Of a stretch of 64,000 nt of DNA, positions 48,276 through 59,572 are shown one piece after another. Position 1 is the stretch's first letter; the number at the start of each line of letters is the position of its first letter. The stretch spans positions 283,751 to 347,750 of the forward strand of contig MU004242.1 in the NCBI GenBank assembly GCA_010405405.1, in the 5' to 3' direction. A model generated the notes under the pieces. The model searched no databases and was not told where the DNA came from. It worked only from the letters and a program-made list of their open reading frames with translations. Source of the stretch: Microthyrium microscopicum (Eukaryota). A program made the position numbers and the translations under genes.

Positions 48276-51172
48276 CTATATCCAAATCGTGGTGCGTCCA
48301 GCCGACCCAATACCTCTCAAGCGACTGCCTATATCCAAAGGACTTCCATCCCAAACTGCCCAGTCCGTCTTCGCTGATGGAGCTTTAAGATCCAACATAT
48401 CATAAATATTCTTGCCCACCAAATCCAGTGCCTTCTTCTCTGATAATCGACCTTCTCCATTGCGCCAGGCCCACCCAGCCATGAGATTGAGATTTCGAGT
48501 CTCCCAAACCTCGCCTACGCCAATAGCTACAAGCACGCCAGCGTCCAGTAGCAGATCGATGGCAGAGCCGTGAGTGAGTGGAGCACCTGGTAATGTGCGT
48601 CGCTGGTCCCAGGATTGGGCGTACGGAAGTAATGGAGCGAGGATGACTGAGACGTTGGCAGCGGCAAGTTCGTCTGCGACCAAGTACGATTCTGCACCAC
48701 CGAGAATTACTATCCGCAATTTCTTGGACTTTGATTTTGAGGACGTTAGTTCTGCTTTGGAGGAAGCAGTTTCGACTTCTTTCTTCATTCTGATTACAGA
48801 TGCGATGGTGTCGGCTTTATGGATGCTGAGAACTAGTGGGAGCTTGCCTGCTACTACTTGTCGTAGGTAGGATTCTTCTGAGAAGGGATCGACTTCTTTC
48901 TGGTCTTTCTTTTTCAGTGGTTTGGAGGCTTGTAGCAGTTTGGTGCGTAGCTTGCCCAGTGCACTGGATATTGATGGGGATTTGGAGGACTGTGTCAATG
49001 GATAGTGTAAGGCGACTTCTTCTTGCCATACGCTACCGTTTCCAAGTGAGGTGATGCCGTCGGTCAAGAAACCAACACTTATACCCTTGGCGTTGATACT
49101 GCCAGTACTCGGAGCTGAGATTGCTCGAGTACCACCATGTTCGAATACAGTACTAAGTTGCTTGCCTCCAAATCCTAGGCCGTCGATTGCTCTGGCAAAA
49201 GAATCCTCAGAATAGGGTCCATCCTGAGTCGCTTTCTCAGCGTCGATTTCAACCAGACCAAGTGCTGAGCCGATTGCAGTGAAAGTTGGCGTAAGATGAC
49301 CATTATGAAGTTCAATTATTGGTTGCTTGTTTGCCGTGAACGTTTTGACCTCGTCGTCGCAAGTTCCTACGCAAGATATAGCGCCATTCGCTACCACAAC
49401 ATTGACTTTACCACGAGCTGTAGTCTCAATGTCATTTGCTGACAAGAAGTCTCGGGTAAGGCCAGTGAAAATCACATTTCCATTCTCCTTGCGTGTCAAA
49501 TCTTCCTGAAGAATAGTGTCGGGTTTCGTTGGCTTGCTTAGCGATTTCTTTAGTTCTACCGGCTTCTCGAATTGCGGAGCTCCATCGATCCAGACTTGCA
49601 CTGGCGTTGCTGCAATTGATAGTGGATCAGAATCCCAGACTACGATGTCGGCATCAAACCCCTCTTTCACCTTGCCCAAGCTCTCGCCCAGCCCGAGTAG
49701 TTCAGCTGGCTTAGATGTAACTCCAGCAAGAGCAATGTGGTAAGGAAGGCCATAGGAATATGCCTTGGCAGCTTCGAATACGACATGCCTCGAGTTGAGG
49801 ACTGGATTGTCCGAGACATAAACAGGTTGGATACCTTCATCGTAAAGAATCTTCCCTGCCTTTTCTGAAGCCGTGTAAGCTTCAACCTTGTAGTACACTG
49901 GAAATCCCCATTAGCTTCGATGTCAAAAATCGCAACAAGATACTCACTGTTGTCTGCAAACAAGGCTGCTGCTGGTGTCCCCCCATATGCTCTTTTCAGA
50001 ACTTCCGGAACCAGATACGTCTGATGCGCATGATGAAAGGCATATACTCTAAACTTGAACTCATTTGTATGCCGTACGAAAGCCTCGAGATCTGGTACAG
50101 TATAGCAATGAGTGTTGACCCTCACTTGTCCACGCAATGCAGCTGCTAGACTCTCCCATTGAAGCTCGGATGGAAGATAATCAGCCATGTTCTCGGCACC
50201 AACCCGGTCTGCTGCAGCACACCAGTCGTTTTGGGCCTCGACATATTTTCTCGCCTCATCAAATGCATGTCTGAATTCCCAGGCTTCACCTAGCCGAGAG
50301 AAAGGGCCCTTGCCTATCTTGCCATACACGTTTTTGGGATTCTCCCCACAGGCCATTTTCATGTATCGCCATCTTGCTGGGCTTGGATCAGCGAACATAT
50401 CTTGCTGGCTTATTTCGGCTCGCCCGCTAGCTTTTCCACTGGCTAGTTTCAACACAAATGCTTCACCGCCCATGTTGTTTCCACTGCCGGGCAGGATCAG
50501 ACTGGTCGTTACGCCGCCGGCTTTGATCCACTGGAGTTCAGGGGCCAAAGGGTTGAAGCCGTCAATGGATTTTACGTATGGTGTAATGTCGCCAGATAAC
50601 TCATTCGTATCGTCTCCTAGAGATGCAAATCCGCCTAGTCCAGCATGGCTATGCATATCAACGATACCAGCAGTAAGCTGTCTGCCTTTGGCGTCGTATG
50701 TCACTGTGCCTTCAGGTAGACTGGAAGCGGATATGTGCTCAGCAACTTGGACGATGAGTCCACGATCCAGAAGCACATCAGAGGGCGTCCATGAGTATCC
50801 AATGCCTCGTCTGGCATCCTCCTCGCTAGTACCTGGTGCTGGCTCTCCGGTCCATACAGTTGCATTTCTGATCAATACTGGTTTGGTGCCATTGACCCAT
50901 CTGCCGCTGAACGAGCGTGGGCCAACGGGTCCCGTAGGTACACGACGTAGCTCTGCACAAGAAGCATGTTGTTCCTGGAGCTTTGTGATTGATAGGTTGT
51001 TTGTAGGATGGGCGGTGTTTTGAGATATTAAGTATGTATAGTAGCCAAAAAACAACAAACAGAGCGGAGCAAGAAAGCGAATGATTCGGCGTGGCCCACG
51101 TCTGTTACGGAGAGGCCATGGTCGAATTGCGCTGTTGTAAGAGGGGAGATCCTCTAGATGGCCCTTTTCCAT
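48276..51172 (-). CDS. Membrane-anchored two-domain metal-dependent amidohydrolase
   Basis: N-terminal TM helix, AGIVDMHSHAG, GGVTTSLILPGS, KMACGENPK, NTHCY, FHHAH, SDNP, GFDADIVVWDSDPL, then a second degenerate amidohydrolase domain. Intron 49898-49947. Confidence 0.9.
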
Positions 51173-52332
51173 GATTGTGCCAGCCAAGTTGGAATATCAG
51201 CTACCAAAGTCTTACAAACAAACAGGAGCAGGAAAAGACGAGAAGCTCTGAGCGGTACCTGTAGAAGCTCGAAGCTTGATGGGAACTCTAGGATTGGAGT
51301 TGCGGGGAAGCGGGTGGTTGGATAGATCCAAAAAGGGATAGCGTGGTCGATTTGACAGGGGTAGCTACACGTTCGATCTTGCAAATTGACTGCAGAGTCC
51401 AGATGTTGCGACTTCGACCTTTGATTCCACCATTCAATTGACCGTTTTCAAAAGGCATTAATGAATTGATTACGAGTAAAGGCAAGCATTAGAACGCTGG
51501 ATTGTTTTGTTGCTTTTATTTGGCAGCGTTATAAAAGACACACAGTATCTCTCTCTCTTTCCAGCTTTAAACGTGGAGATCACTTTCAATTAGAGGCTCT
51601 ATCAATAGTTCAATACAGCCATGAGCAAACCAAGCTTCCTTCACTTTGGATATGTAACATATGGTTGCCTAGTAGATCGCATACGTACCAATAAATATAC
51701 CTTATCTTGAGGCATTGATCATACGGAGATTATGCTACAAAAGATTGCTTGTCTGGTGTTTCAATTGAGGTCGAGAATTGGCAGTGTGGGGGAACAGCCA
51801 ATCATAAGTCATCCAATCCTTGCTCGTGCATCGGGAAGGCAACCGCTGGTGAGTCTTCAATTGCAGGAGCACTCAACGGGCAACCAACCAAGGCAGGCGC
51901 ATTCGAGGCCTCGTCGTCGCTCCTGCTGTCCTTGCACTTTTCGTCGCCATGCGCCTGCCTCACTTCCAGACTTTTGTCCATCGTTCTTTCCTTCTCTACC
52001 TTCCTTCTCAAAACCTATAAACCTCCTTTTTTCTATCTCAAACCATCTCGATTCATCTTTTGCATACATTGTATCTATAAAACTTCCAATCAAAGTCTGA
52101 TAGCCAGTATGTTTACTCAAAATCGCTCCCCGTTACTAAAGCAACTGATCCTTCGGTCCCAATGTCCAAGTGCCTATCATGTCTTCTAGTATCAAAAGTT
52201 GCAAGAAATGCTACACTCGAATACATTTCATTCTGTTCTGGGCGAGTGCTGATTACTTTTCTCTTCATAGTCTGCGACTCTTTATTGTGAGCATGTAACA
52301 GATGCTCTTGGACAACCCTCGCTGCAGGCTTC

Positions 52333-55300
52333 ATGGCTGCGCAACTACCCTCCGCGAACCAAACTCCCACCCTTTCAAATCAACAGAATGTCGACTCTGC
52401 TCATAATCTACCCTTGTCAGCTGGAAGGGCTTCTGAGCGCTCCCATAAAAATTCTAGATCCTGCGCGTATAGGGAATTGAATACTGGTATTGAATGCGGC
52501 TGTCAGAAATTTTGGAGGACGGGCAACGACTACTCTCAATGTGCCTGTGGACATCATGAGTGTTTTCACTCTGCCTCTCCCAGTCAAGCCGAGCCTTCAA
52601 ATGCTTCGAGTTCCTTGCCATCGGATATAAATGCTGCTTTACTGGAGCGTCTTGGACAACTTAGTCAGATACTTGCGAAACTTGTACCATCAGGTGATGC
52701 AGCGACAAATATCGAAGCGGACCACCCTGGCTTGAATATCACTGCTCAACAACGGGTTGGTGGTAGCGAATTTGTTGCTCAAACAATATCCCGCGCTGCG
52801 GCTAATCAATCACCGGTTCCTGGTCAATATATCACTCAGTCAACAATTAGTACTTCATATCAACCAAGGCTTCCATCTGCTTGTCAGGTGCCTGAACAAC
52901 TGCTAGCCCCAACGAATCATCTTCAGGTTCAGAACTCTGATGGTCAGCCAATATCGTCTACTGCTGATGCTCGGGTAACGGGTCTTGGTCTCTGGCTCAA
53001 TGATGTTGCTGCGGCATCTGAAATGGACGCTATTCCTGGATCAACGCAAGGTCAACGAGATAACAGTTCGACTAGATCCAGCGAACTTTATAGAGCGCTT
53101 CAGGTGCTCAATGCTCCTATAGGCTCGGTACCATCGGACATTCCTTCAACCAAGCCTCAATCTCTGGTCACGGGAGCGGAGACAAGTCAGAAGAATCAGC
53201 TGCTTCCAGCTATTGATGTTGGGAATCGATGGTCAACACCAATATTCGATGATCTCCTCCAGAGTGCTACTGAATTGGCAACTCCTAGCATCGATGGGCG
53301 AACACCTGATCTAAATATACCGGCAGCTGTATTCCGACAATCCTCTGAGAACAATGCGCAGCTCGTCAAACAGCCATCTCCTCGGCTGATGCGACCGCCA
53401 GCAGGACCAAGAAATTTCAATGGTGGGCAAAATACAGTCAGTCGATCTGTCGTGTCATCGTCCAGCCAGATTCTATCTCCGCCAGCCCTCTTGTCACACG
53501 ATGTACAAAGTCTACGAGATCTCGCCAATCATGTTCAATCTTTGAGAAAGTTCTTGTCTAATCACGGATCACATATCAGGGGTCTTGGAGACCGGCTCGA
53601 TGCCATGGAGAGAACTTCCATATTTTCTCAGATACCTAGAGATCAAGATACCATCGACAAATTGGAAATGATAGAGACTCGAATACTGGAAATTGAAGGA
53701 AAGGTAGAAGACATTCAGGCAAGTGGCAGTTATGATCATTCAGAATCTCAAGTCGGCCCTACACATAAACGCCATGACCAACTCCTCGAAAACGGGTCTG
53801 ATGGATCGTCACCATCTTCAAACTCTGGAATTTCGTCGGCTCTCATACTCGCAGGTGATGCTAATGCTGTCAAAGGTCGAATTGATAGCCTGGATGAGCG
53901 GGTCACTGGCTTGGAAAAAGCTCTTCCGCCTTCGCTTAGCCGTCCCTATGAAATGGAAGTTGTTTTCATTCCTTGGGGAAGAGAACTTCGTGGTCTTTGG
54001 GTTGCTGCTCAAGATACACTGGGCTCCCGCGCTACGCCAAGCGCGCTGGCTCAGGATACCGAAGAATGGACAGTCGCGGAAGGGCTTCGTTCGTCTTCTC
54101 GTGCATCTGCTTCTTTGAGATCAGGCGCTGACAGTGGTTGGAGTAGCCAGGCAATACATGAATGGGCTGATCATGCTGATGCATGGCTGGTTCCTAGAGC
54201 TTGCGGAATCAAGAGCGTCATCTATCATCGATTAAGGAGTAGGGGATTCGTGAAAACGGTCGAACTGACCAAGTCAGGCGCAAGAGAAATACAACAAAGC
54301 ATTGCTAAAGCTTTCGAAGATGTTCTCGCGGCTGTCACCAATCACTCAAGCAAGATTGATGATACAGACGCGATGGAGGAGATTGAGGAAAGTCTTTGGG
54401 GTCTCAACGCTCCTTTCATTCCACTACGCAAGATCCATCGATCTTCCCGGCTCAGATTTCTTGCAAAATCCGAAATGGTCACTCCGACTGTCTGGACGAG
54501 CGAGTTTCTATCTTCTAGTGTGCTTATGCATGCAGCTGGAGGTTTAAAGAGATTGTTCATCACCCATAAGGAAGCATATCAACAGCCATCTGACAGTGAT
54601 TATCCTTCGTGGACATGGCAACAACTTCGTCAACTTCCCAAACCTAGCCTGGAAGATAGTCAGGAAGAAGAAGGAAATGCTCGGGAGACATGCTGGGCAG
54701 ATCACTCTGTGCTGGATGCTCCACCGTTGAGTGTCAATACATCCTTTGCTTCCAACGCTTCTTCGGGATCACAACGGCCTCAAGCCAACGATAAATCCCA
54801 CTCTCAAAACAATGACCTACCAGTTGGTGAACATGAGCCCAAAGTCAAGTCAGAGAGCAACTCTGGATTTGAGTCTGAGGCCCTTCTGATATCCAAAGAC
54901 AAAGGCCCAATAACGCCTATAACCGATCAAAACTACTCCACTCAAGACGCAATTCGCTCTATCCTACAACAACCTTCCGAATGGCACGAACCCTCCTCAG
55001 AAGACGACATACATCCACCGTCAACTCCTCATCCAAACCCAGCCAACTTCCAAACACCTTACAACGCCTCCCAGCACTCTCGCTATAACTTTCGCCGCCA
55101 CACCAGAACCCTCTCAAACCCTTTGGAAGCCGCCGCCCCAATTCAGCCTACCTCAAGCAATCCTCGCGCTACTACCCGCCTCTCTCAACGCGCTCCGGCA
55201 AAGCGCATCACCCGATCCTTCTCTACACCTTCAAATCCGCTTATCAACACCCTGCCCACCTTCGTCCACTCCTCACCCAACTTACCCCGGCGCCCCACTG

Positions 55301-55722
55301 CAGGCTCCTCCGGGAATAAGCGACGCCGTGTAGACCGCAGCGTGTCCGCCGAAGAATACATGTCCAGCAAAGCACGACGCTCACGCTCAGCCAGCATCGT
55401 TACCTTCGCAGCCCGCGGAGGTACTGGTTCAAAGAAAGGAAAGCGGTCAGTTACGCCGGTGGGACCGTACTTGACGCCATATAGTGGGAATTTTGCAAGT
55501 GGGTACTTTGTTGCTGGGAGTGTAAGGGATGAGGGCGGAGAAAGTGAGTGGGAGGGCGTTGTCGATGATGAACATGAGCACGACACTGGAACAAAGAAAC
55601 ATACGACTGTGGCGGATGATATGAATTTGGAGGATGAGGATATTCTTATGAATACGGATGATGAAGACGAGGATGAGGAAGAGGAGGTAAGTCCTTTTAT
55701 GGATGATGCTGGCTTTGAGTGA
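52333..55722 (+). CDS. Large hypothetical fungal protein with an N-terminal Cys/His cluster, central coiled coil and globular domain
   Basis: 1129-aa intronless ORF. C-x10-CGC-x12-CACGHHECFH, EVVFIPWGRELRGLW, FIPLRKIHRSSRLRFL, acidic tail. Confidence 0.85.
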   Translation: MAAQLPSANQTPTLSNQQNVDSAHNLPLSAGRASERSHKNSRSCAYRELNTGIECGCQKFWRTGNDYSQCACGHHECFHSASPSQAEPSNASSSLPSDINAALLERLGQLSQILAKLVPSGDAATNIEADHPGLNITAQQRVGGSEFVAQTISRAAANQSPVPGQYITQSTISTSYQPRLPSACQVPEQLLAPTNHLQVQNSDGQPISSTADARVTGLGLWLNDVAAASEMDAIPGSTQGQRDNSSTRSSELYRALQVLNAPIGSVPSDIPSTKPQSLVTGAETSQKNQLLPAIDVGNRWSTPIFDDLLQSATELATPSIDGRTPDLNIPAAVFRQSSENNAQLVKQPSPRLMRPPAGPRNFNGGQNTVSRSVVSSSSQILSPPALLSHDVQSLRDLANHVQSLRKFLSNHGSHIRGLGDRLDAMERTSIFSQIPRDQDTIDKLEMIETRILEIEGKVEDIQASGSYDHSESQVGPTHKRHDQLLENGSDGSSPSSNSGISSALILAGDANAVKGRIDSLDERVTGLEKALPPSLSRPYEMEVVFIPWGRELRGLWVAAQDTLGSRATPSALAQDTEEWTVAEGLRSSSRASASLRSGADSGWSSQAIHEWADHADAWLVPRACGIKSVIYHRLRSRGFVKTVELTKSGAREIQQSIAKAFEDVLAAVTNHSSKIDDTDAMEEIEESLWGLNAPFIPLRKIHRSSRLRFLAKSEMVTPTVWTSEFLSSSVLMHAAGGLKRLFITHKEAYQQPSDSDYPSWTWQQLRQLPKPSLEDSQEEEGNARETCWADHSVLDAPPLSVNTSFASNASSGSQRPQANDKSHSQNNDLPVGEHEPKVKSESNSGFESEALLISKDKGPITPITDQNYSTQDAIRSILQQPSEWHEPSSEDDIHPPSTPHPNPANFQTPYNASQHSRYNFRRHTRTLSNPLEAAAPIQPTSSNPRATTRLSQRAPAKRITRSFSTPSNPLINTLPTFVHSSPNLPRRPTAGSSGNKRRRVDRSVSAEEYMSSKARRSRSASIVTFAARGGTGSKKGKRSVTPVGPYLTPYSGNFASGYFVAGSVRDEGGESEWEGVVDDEHEHDTGTKKHTTVADDMNLEDEDILMNTDDEDEDEEEEVSPFMDDAGFE

Positions 55723-56748
55723 GATTTGATTTTTGCTTTACCACTATGATGTTTTTTAGGAGGCTTTGGCCTATTTTGACTTTTTGTTCCATGCCTTGGA
55801 CTTATGCCGGTCACATCTTTGCTATGCTTTAGAACTCATACCAGGCTTCTCCCATCTTCAGGCTCAGGATTTGTTTTACAGCAGGAACCGTACATCTCTG
55901 GAATATTATGCCATTTCGCAGTCGCCAATGCTCAGTCATTTCACCAGCATTTGCCAAGCGTGATAATCATCTAGGCTCCATAAAGACTATATAGAAAGAA
56001 ATATAACATGTCTCATTCAAAGCACAAGATCTAGAGCATCGTCTCAGATCTACCCAGGTATCAACCCAGGTGCCGGGAAATACATACTCTACTCTACTCT
56101 AGCTTGCATATCAACCAACTTTGATCGTCCAAAAATAAATGTCTCGGCAGCAACCCGGATTCTTGGTCAACAATTTAAATTAACGCCAATCATCTGCATG
56201 ACTTTGTTCGTGGTATGCAAATTCTTTGATGTTGTTCTAGCGGCTGATCACTCACATCTGATAGATTAATTTTGACCTAATCTTAGCAATTGGTGATGTT
56301 GGAAGCAAATTTGCCTGCGTAGGGTTGTGGGGGCAGTTTATACCCACTTTCGGGTGACTTTCTGGATGGTTCTGGATGAAGAGTGGTGGGTTGTTGGGCT
56401 AATTTGTCGGGTTAATCTATATCTGATGCGTTCTTAGCGGTTTCTTGAAGGTTCCCTAGCGGCGAAATACCCATTTTGGTGGTATGGGTGGTATGGAGAG
56501 GGCATGGTGTGGTGAGTTATATAGATGAAGTGTATGCAATGGGTGACGACAGTTCATTCGTAATGTGATGGTTTTCGTTCTTCAGATTTACTTAACCTAC
56601 TTCATGAATTGTTCTTACTGAATTGAAAATTACTGTCAACATCAAATACCTTCCCATGAGCAGCATCGTCGACCTCATATAGCGGGTTACTCGTTTACCG
56701 CAAGCGAAACTACAGCGATTGGAGACGATTTCATCAAAAGTATTCGAG

Positions 56749-57309
56749 ATGCGACCTACACAAACTACACTCACGCTCCTGGCGCTCTTCACGCCATATA
56801 CATCTGCGTACTCTTGCGCTGGCACGGTTCCACGATCCGTCTGCTCTTCCATGCCTTCCGCTTTCTCTGCCAACCTACAAATCCACGCTGCTACGTCTAC
56901 ACGCCTTTTCACTACACATAATCTAGCAGCATCACCAACAAGAAATCTATACATCCGCGCCGCATCTCCTATACCACCCGGCAACACAAAACGCCCGCGT
57001 CCGCCTGGCCTCCCGAGTGGATGGCAAGATATGGCGAATGCCGCAAAGTCAAAGAGCGCGGCTAGTGGACCTATAGTAAACGCAATAGAAACAGCAGCGC
57101 CAAGTGTATTACGACGGGTAGAGAAGGAGGTCACGTATGAGTGCGATTTGAAGAGAGTCAGCGCGGAAGAGTGTAGGAAGCAAGCGAGTAATTTTTCGAG
57201 TCGGGCGAGTCAGGACATTGATCGGAAGAGGGGAAAGGGGAGAACGAATGTGGTTGCGGGAATGCGGAGAACTATTGAGGCCGGCGCAGAAGCAACACCG
57301 GCGGCATAG
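56749..57309 (+). CDS. Small, possibly secreted hypothetical protein
   Basis: MRPTQTTLTLLALFTPYTSAYSC signal-peptide-like start, 186 aa, 4 Cys. It may contain an unrecognised intron. Confidence 0.45.
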   Translation: MRPTQTTLTLLALFTPYTSAYSCAGTVPRSVCSSMPSAFSANLQIHAATSTRLFTTHNLAASPTRNLYIRAASPIPPGNTKRPRPPGLPSGWQDMANAAKSKSAASGPIVNAIETAAPSVLRRVEKEVTYECDLKRVSAEECRKQASNFSSRASQDIDRKRGKGRTNVVAGMRRTIEAGAEATPAA

Positions 57310-57598
57310 GCTGGATGAAGTGTATGAATCTGAAAACAGAATATAATGATTGCGTGCAATGTAAATTATCATGTAATGAATGTATCGTGTAGTTGGAAGG
57401 ATTGGTGTTGCTGCACATCGCGTGGCGTTCCTGGCGCGTTGCAATAGAACCACATCAAGAGATCTAGACCCAGCCGGTTTATTTTTATATCCTTCAACAT
57501 TCCTCTTTCATTTTTCTTCTGTAAATCTCCTAATTTCGATGTAAAAGACATACTTCTTCGGCCACGATAGCTCCATCTACCTTGCTGCCACCGCGCGC

Positions 57599-59362
57599 AT
57601 GCTTCCGTTCGTTATTCTTACATCCCTTGCTGCTCATCTCTTGCTGGTGAAAGTACACGCCCAAGCAAGCATTAACACCCCATATACGCCTCCCCCCGCA
57701 TCTCAGGGTCAGACAGCATCAGCAAAAGATACTCCAAACCGCCAGTGGGCAAATCTCCTTGGAAATTCTCTATACTTTTATGACATTCAAAGGTCGGGCC
57801 AACTTCCTCAGGACTTTCGTGTTTCATGGCGCAACAATTCGGTACCAGATGATGGCAAGGATGTAAACATCGACTTATCCGGTGGCTACTTTGATGCTGG
57901 AAACTACATCAAGGCCACCTTACCGCTATGTTGGGTGTTGACTCAGATGGCATGGAGCGGGCTCTCCTTTGGCCACGGGTACAACGCGGCAGCTCAAACA
58001 CCCTATCTGGATCGCGCGTTGAGACAAGGACTTGACTGGATTTTGCAAGCGAGTAGCGTTGATGGGGAGGTCGTAGTGTTTATCGGAAAAGAGTCCACTG
58101 ATAATGTCTATTTTGGAGGAGATCAAAATATCCCCACCAACGACAGACCAAGCTACAAGATCACTAGAGACAATCCAGGGACCGACGTTACTGCTATTTG
58201 TGCTGCTGCGTTAGCCGCGGGCTCTCTGCTTTACAATGGAACCGTGTTACCAGTCGATAGCACCGGGAAGCTCCAGGAAGCAGCAGATATGAAAGACGAA
58301 GCGTACTCAACGCAATTATTAACAAGAGCCCAGTCTCTATACGACCAGGCTCAAAATTCCCTACCACAACAAGTCTATCAAAAAGCCGTCCCAGAAGTTG
58401 CATGGGCATATGCTTCGAGCGATTTTGATGACAATCTTATCCTAGGAGGCACATTCCTTGCACTAGCTACCGGTCAGCAAAACTACTCGCAATATGCTCA
58501 GAGCATATACTCCAACTCCAGCTATGGCTATCCCGTCACGTCTGGTGCTCTGAACTGGGACACCCACCAGCCCGCCGTGCCCGTTCTCCTCGTCCAGGCC
58601 GCGCTAGCAAACCCAAATCTGAACATCAACGCAGACAAGTACCGCGCTGCCGCTGAGGTCTATCTAGACCCGCTAGTCAACAAGAAAATGGATGGCACCA
58701 AATACACCAAAGGCGGCCTCTTCCTTATACCAGGCGACAGTGACGACGCCTCGCTAAACCCTGCGCTCAATTGTGCAGCGTTGGCAGTCATATATTCTCG
58801 CCTGGCCACCAGCGGCTCAAAAACAAACAGCTACCTAGCATGGGCACGCACACAAGTTGACTACGCATTAGGTAACAATCCCGCCCACGTCGTCTACTCC
58901 GTCGGTCTACACCCCAGCTCGCCCAAGAATCCACAGTCAGCGCTCGCCACCGGCAGCTCAAGTGGCAGTGTTGACAACATCGACACTGACCCACCTACGG
59001 AGCGATGGGTGCTCTACGGCGGACTTGTCGGTGGTCCGGCCAAGGATGACTCGTTTTCGGATCGCAGAAGTGATTATAGAGAGACGGAGGTTGCGCTGGA
59101 CTATGTTTCGCCAATGCTGGTTCTTGCGGCGCATCGATTGGCAATTGGGGATACGACTGATCCGTTCTATGTGACTATGACGGAACCTGTGAGCTCAGGT
59201 GGTGATGGGGGCTTGTCGATTGGGGCGAAGGTTGGCATTGCTATTGGGTGTATTATTGGGTTCTTTCTCCTTTTGGCTGGTTTGGCTTGGGTGTTTAGGC
59301 GGTCTATTAAGAGGTTTTTGAACAGGAGGAGAGAGCCGAAGCATATTCCATTAGAACCATAG
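57599..59362 (+). CDS. Glycoside hydrolase family 9 protein with a C-terminal transmembrane anchor
   Basis: Signal peptide, SLYFYDIQRSGQLP, DLSGGYFDAGNYIK, PGTD, QVDYALGNNP, LYGGLVGGP..D.FSD.RSDYRETEVALDY, TM helix followed by RR. Intronless. Confidence 0.92.
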   Translation: MLPFVILTSLAAHLLLVKVHAQASINTPYTPPPASQGQTASAKDTPNRQWANLLGNSLYFYDIQRSGQLPQDFRVSWRNNSVPDDGKDVNIDLSGGYFDAGNYIKATLPLCWVLTQMAWSGLSFGHGYNAAAQTPYLDRALRQGLDWILQASSVDGEVVVFIGKESTDNVYFGGDQNIPTNDRPSYKITRDNPGTDVTAICAAALAAGSLLYNGTVLPVDSTGKLQEAADMKDEAYSTQLLTRAQSLYDQAQNSLPQQVYQKAVPEVAWAYASSDFDDNLILGGTFLALATGQQNYSQYAQSIYSNSSYGYPVTSGALNWDTHQPAVPVLLVQAALANPNLNINADKYRAAAEVYLDPLVNKKMDGTKYTKGGLFLIPGDSDDASLNPALNCAALAVIYSRLATSGSKTNSYLAWARTQVDYALGNNPAHVVYSVGLHPSSPKNPQSALATGSSSGSVDNIDTDPPTERWVLYGGLVGGPAKDDSFSDRRSDYRETEVALDYVSPMLVLAAHRLAIGDTTDPFYVTMTEPVSSGGDGGLSIGAKVGIAIGCIIGFFLLLAGLAWVFRRSIKRFLNRRREPKHIPLEP

Positions 59363-59572
59363 GCGGTTGTGGAGTAGACGCAGGTAACTTGTACAACATG
59401 AGCTGCTCATGAACTGTAAGCAACTGAATCAGCGAAACGATTATAAACGCGTAATGAAAATAAATAATTCAATATGACACAAATCGTGCGATGATAAAGC
59501 ACAGAGATTGTTTTCTATTCAAAGACTTAGCCCTTCATTTCATTTCTGCCTACAATTTCCAGCTGTTCATTT

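Noticed and set aside
47653..48405. Overlapping 75-134 aa ORFs between the MFS and amidohydrolase genes
   Set aside because: They overlap each other, lack motifs, and fall in expected promoter/3'UTR space.
50187..51023. 278-aa plus-strand ORF
   Set aside because: Shadow of the amidohydrolase gene.
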